A DNA stretch of 64,000 nt from Spirochaetia bacterium (lineage in GTDB: Bacteria; Spirochaetota; Spirochaetia; DSM-2461): the NCBI GenBank assembly GCA_963666985.2, contig CAXXIA010000002.1, positions 2,400,001 through 2,464,000 of the forward strand, written 5' to 3'. This document shows positions 61,240 to 64,000 of the stretch, piece after piece; the stretch's first letter is position 1; each line of letters starts with the position of its first letter. Below the pieces are notes generated by a model. The model made no database searches and was not told the origin of the DNA. It worked only from the letters and a program-made list of their open reading frames with translations. The position numbers and the translations under genes are program-made.

Positions 61240-63402
61240 ATGGATAAAACCGGGAAAATTCCTGTGAGTAAGGGGATAAGGAGTGATAAATTTTGGGAAA
61301 GTATAGAAAACTTTGAGGAAGGTGATCTTCTCGGCCTCGCCTCAGTTGGTAATTTTCTCAAAAAACTAGCGGAAGAAAAGAACGATACTCCTCTCGGCCT
61401 TATTTCCCAAACGATTATTCCCTGTTTTCAAAAAATCGGTGTTCTTGAATCTCAAAAGAATTTTATTGATGAGATAAAGACATTACTCCTGGCCGCTGAA
61501 AATAATGAAGCAGGGACTGAAGAAGCGGATCAGCTTATTGCAGAGTATTTTCCGGAAAATACGGGCTCTTCTGAAGAAGTTAATGAAGCCGAAGACGATA
61601 CGGAGCTCATTGTTACCGAAGAATGGTTTGAAGGCCTGATTCAGGATGATGAGATGCTTCAGAAATTTGTTTCGGAAATCAAAGAGCATCTGGAGAATGT
61701 TCAGGTTGCTCTTCTGGAATTGGAATATGATTCGGCGAATAAGGAAAACATCAACACGATTTTCCGTGCCTTTCATACGATAAAAAGTTCTTCCGCATTC
61801 CTGGGCGTTAAAAACCTTGAAGAAACGGCCCATATCATTGAGAACATGCTGGCATTGGTTCGTGACGGAGAAATTCAAGTATCTCCGGAACTTGTGGATA
61901 TCGTGTTTTACAGCGTCGGATTTGTTAAAGACTTGGCCGAGGTTTTTGAACGGGCTCAGTATAAAAACGAAACTATAATTAAAAGTTTTCTCGGAATCGA
62001 CATTCGTCCGCTTATTCGCGTTATTAGAAAAATCACCACCGAAAGGCGAACGAAAAAAATCGGAGAAATCCTCACCGAACTGGGGAAAATTAGTGATGAG
62101 AAAACTCAGGAAATACTCAAGCGGCAGAAGAATGAGAACCGGCGGTTCGGAGAAATTGCTCTGGAAGAGAAGGTCGTGGCCGAGGAAGATATCGCCGCCG
62201 CCGTTCAGGTTCAGACGAGTCAAAAGAGTAAATATTCCTATGTGAAAGTCGCCTCCGCCCGACTGAATGATTTGGTTGATATGGTCGGAGAATTGGTTGT
62301 GAATCAGTCCATGATTCGCGAAGAAGTCGTCTCCGGCATACAGGTTCAGGAACGGGAGCTTCGTCAGTTGAATCTGATTACAACGAACATTAAGAACATT
62401 GTTCTCTCGATGGGTATGGTGCCTATCGAAGAGGTGTTCAACAAGCTTCGCGTTGTAATCAGGAACGCCTCGCGTGAAACCGGAAAAATCGTTGAAACGG
62501 TTATCAGCGGAGAAGATACGGAACTGGATCGAAATCTCATTGAAGCGATTCACGATCCTCTGGTGCATATGGTGCGCAACGCGGTGGATCACGGATTGGA
62601 AGAAACCGCCGAGCGGGAGGTCTTGGGGAAGAAGCCCGTCGGCTTAATCAATATTTCGGCGGAACATAAGGGGAACGGTATTCAAGTTACCGTTCGTGAT
62701 GATGGGAAAGGAATTGATCGCGAACGGATCGTACAGAAGGCTTTAGACAAGGGTTTGATAAAAAAGAAAGATGCCCCGCGCTATCTGGCCGATGAAAAAC
62801 TCTGCTATGAGCTGATGTTCAGCCCCGGATTTTCAACGGCCAAGAAGGTCACCGAACTTTCCGGCCGGGGAGTCGGTCTGGACGTTGTAAGAATGAATCT
62901 TCAGAAGGTGAATGGAAAAGTTGAAATATTCTCCGAGAAAGGTCAGGGAACATCGTTCATAATCAAGCTCCCCTTAACTCTTGCCATAATCGACGGCTTT
63001 GTAACGAAAGTCTGCGAAGAGCGCTATATTTTCTCTTTCAATTTAATCAAAGGAATTATCGTTCCGACGGAAGAGAATGTACGAAAAATGGAGGATGGAG
63101 AAATAATCCTCTACGATCGCGGACGGCATATTCCCATTATTTTTACCGAGGAACTCGTTACGGGGAATCCGGTTAATAAGCGGCCCGGTGAATACATCAT
63201 TTTGCTTATTAATTACGAGGATTCATATTATGGAATCGCCGTGGATGAGGTTTTGGGAAAGCAGGAAATTGTCATAAAAAGTCTTAATGAAGTTCTTCGG
63301 GAAATGAATCTTTTTTCCGGCGGAACGATTTTCGGAGACGGAACCATCGGCTTTGTGGTTGATATCGATGAATTTATTCGGAAAGCCCAATCGGATCATT
63401 AA
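61240..63402 (+). CDS. cheA: chemotaxis histidine kinase, copy 2 (intact)
   Basis: N-terminal extension, HPT, MshEN-like motif, dimerisation, HATPase and CheW domains. Confidence 0.96.
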   Translation: MDKTGKIPVSKGIRSDKFWESIENFEEGDLLGLASVGNFLKKLAEEKNDTPLGLISQTIIPCFQKIGVLESQKNFIDEIKTLLLAAENNEAGTEEADQLIAEYFPENTGSSEEVNEAEDDTELIVTEEWFEGLIQDDEMLQKFVSEIKEHLENVQVALLELEYDSANKENINTIFRAFHTIKSSSAFLGVKNLEETAHIIENMLALVRDGEIQVSPELVDIVFYSVGFVKDLAEVFERAQYKNETIIKSFLGIDIRPLIRVIRKITTERRTKKIGEILTELGKISDEKTQEILKRQKNENRRFGEIALEEKVVAEEDIAAAVQVQTSQKSKYSYVKVASARLNDLVDMVGELVVNQSMIREEVVSGIQVQERELRQLNLITTNIKNIVLSMGMVPIEEVFNKLRVVIRNASRETGKIVETVISGEDTELDRNLIEAIHDPLVHMVRNAVDHGLEETAEREVLGKKPVGLINISAEHKGNGIQVTVRDDGKGIDRERIVQKALDKGLIKKKDAPRYLADEKLCYELMFSPGFSTAKKVTELSGRGVGLDVVRMNLQKVNGKVEIFSEKGQGTSFIIKLPLTLAIIDGFVTKVCEERYIFSFNLIKGIIVPTEENVRKMEDGEIILYDRGRHIPIIFTEELVTGNPVNKRPGEYIILLINYEDSYYGIAVDEVLGKQEIVIKSLNEVLREMNLFSGGTIFGDGTIGFVVDIDEFIRKAQSDH

Positions 63403-63422
63403 AGAGGAGAAAGGAGCACGGA

Positions 63423-63785
63423 ATGATAATGATCGTGGACGACTCGGCGATAGGCCGTGACGTTATTAAAAAGGCTTTATCAATGAACGGTTATAAGGAA
63501 GTTCTTGAGGCCGAAAACGGTGCGATTGGATTGGAAAAGGCTCGCGAAAATGAAGGAAAAATAAAACTTTACATACTGGATATCAATATGCCTGTTATGG
63601 ACGGACTGACACTTTTGGAAGAGCTTCGAAAGTTTGATGCGGCAACACCGGTGGTGATGCTCACCACGGAAACGGATAAAGCAAAAATGGTACATGCGAA
63701 AAGTCTTGGTGCAACGGGTTGGATGATCAAACCGTTCAACGAAGAACAGTTAATGAACGTCATCAGAATGGTCGTGAAGGAGTAG
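63423..63785 (+). CDS. cheY: CheY-like receiver protein, copy 2
   Basis: Near-identical to 57164..57526. Confidence 0.93.
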   Translation: MIMIVDDSAIGRDVIKKALSMNGYKEVLEAENGAIGLEKARENEGKIKLYILDINMPVMDGLTLLEELRKFDAATPVVMLTTETDKAKMVHAKSLGATGWMIKPFNEEQLMNVIRMVVKE

Positions 63786-63789
63786 AATC

Positions 63790-64000
63790 ATGGCAAATAA
63801 ACGGTCAATGGGTTTATCGCTCAAAATTATCGGGATGGTGGTGATTCTTTTCTTGATTGTATTGGGACTGATTACCATCTTGGTCAGTAAAAGAATCAAA
63901 GAAGGAATCAGTGAAGTTCAAATCGCCAATATGGAGCAGTCATCGGGACAGTTTCAAGAATTGCTGGATGCGGTATTTTTTGATTTCAGCCGTCAAGTCA
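63790..64000 (+). CDS. MCP copy 2 (5' part; runs off the window edge)
   Basis: [36 protein letters not shown].. matches the start of 57530. Confidence 0.85.
   Translation, partial: MANKRSMGLSLKIIGMVVILFLIVLGLITILVSKRIKEGISEVQIANMEQSSGQFQELLDAVFFDFSRQV

Overview
A 64-kb chromosomal window of an anaerobic fermentative bacterium, most likely a free-living spirochaete. That call is inferred from a hairpin-less BesA-type efflux adaptor, a spirochaete-type LysM protein and 'FGGGxxE'-style binding-protein leaders. I saw no rRNA, tRNA, CRISPR array, integrase or transposase. Contents in order: (1) an hfs-like [FeFe]-hydrogenase sensing operon (2Fe-2S protein, PAS-fused sensory hydrogenase, SpoIIE-type phosphatase, second 2Fe-2S protein, truncated hydrogenase) divergent from adhE; (2) an FrlC-like epimerase / FucI / TRAP sugar locus with two paralogous GntR regulators; (3) a NarL-type two-component system divergent from a TolC-MFP-RND pump; (4) an MCP, a methyltransferase pseudogene, queH and a LysM/lipoprotein pair; (5) a permease-less G3E GTPase + ABC ATPase + signal-less binding-protein triad divergent from a FecCD-type importer that ends in an orphan TM1266-family gene; (6) an MCP and a LacI-controlled sugar ABC/GH31 regulon; (7) a DUF4139 pair and a serine hydrolase; (8) an operon joining three PTS-EIIA domains, CBS domains and two ion transporters behind 10-bp-phased repeats; (9) a tandemly duplicated chemotaxis cassette whose CheA proteins carry an MshEN-like motif, the first cheA being frameshifted at an A8 run. 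The best candidates for an undescribed system are (5), (8) and (9). All family assignments are by motif recognition; no searches were run.
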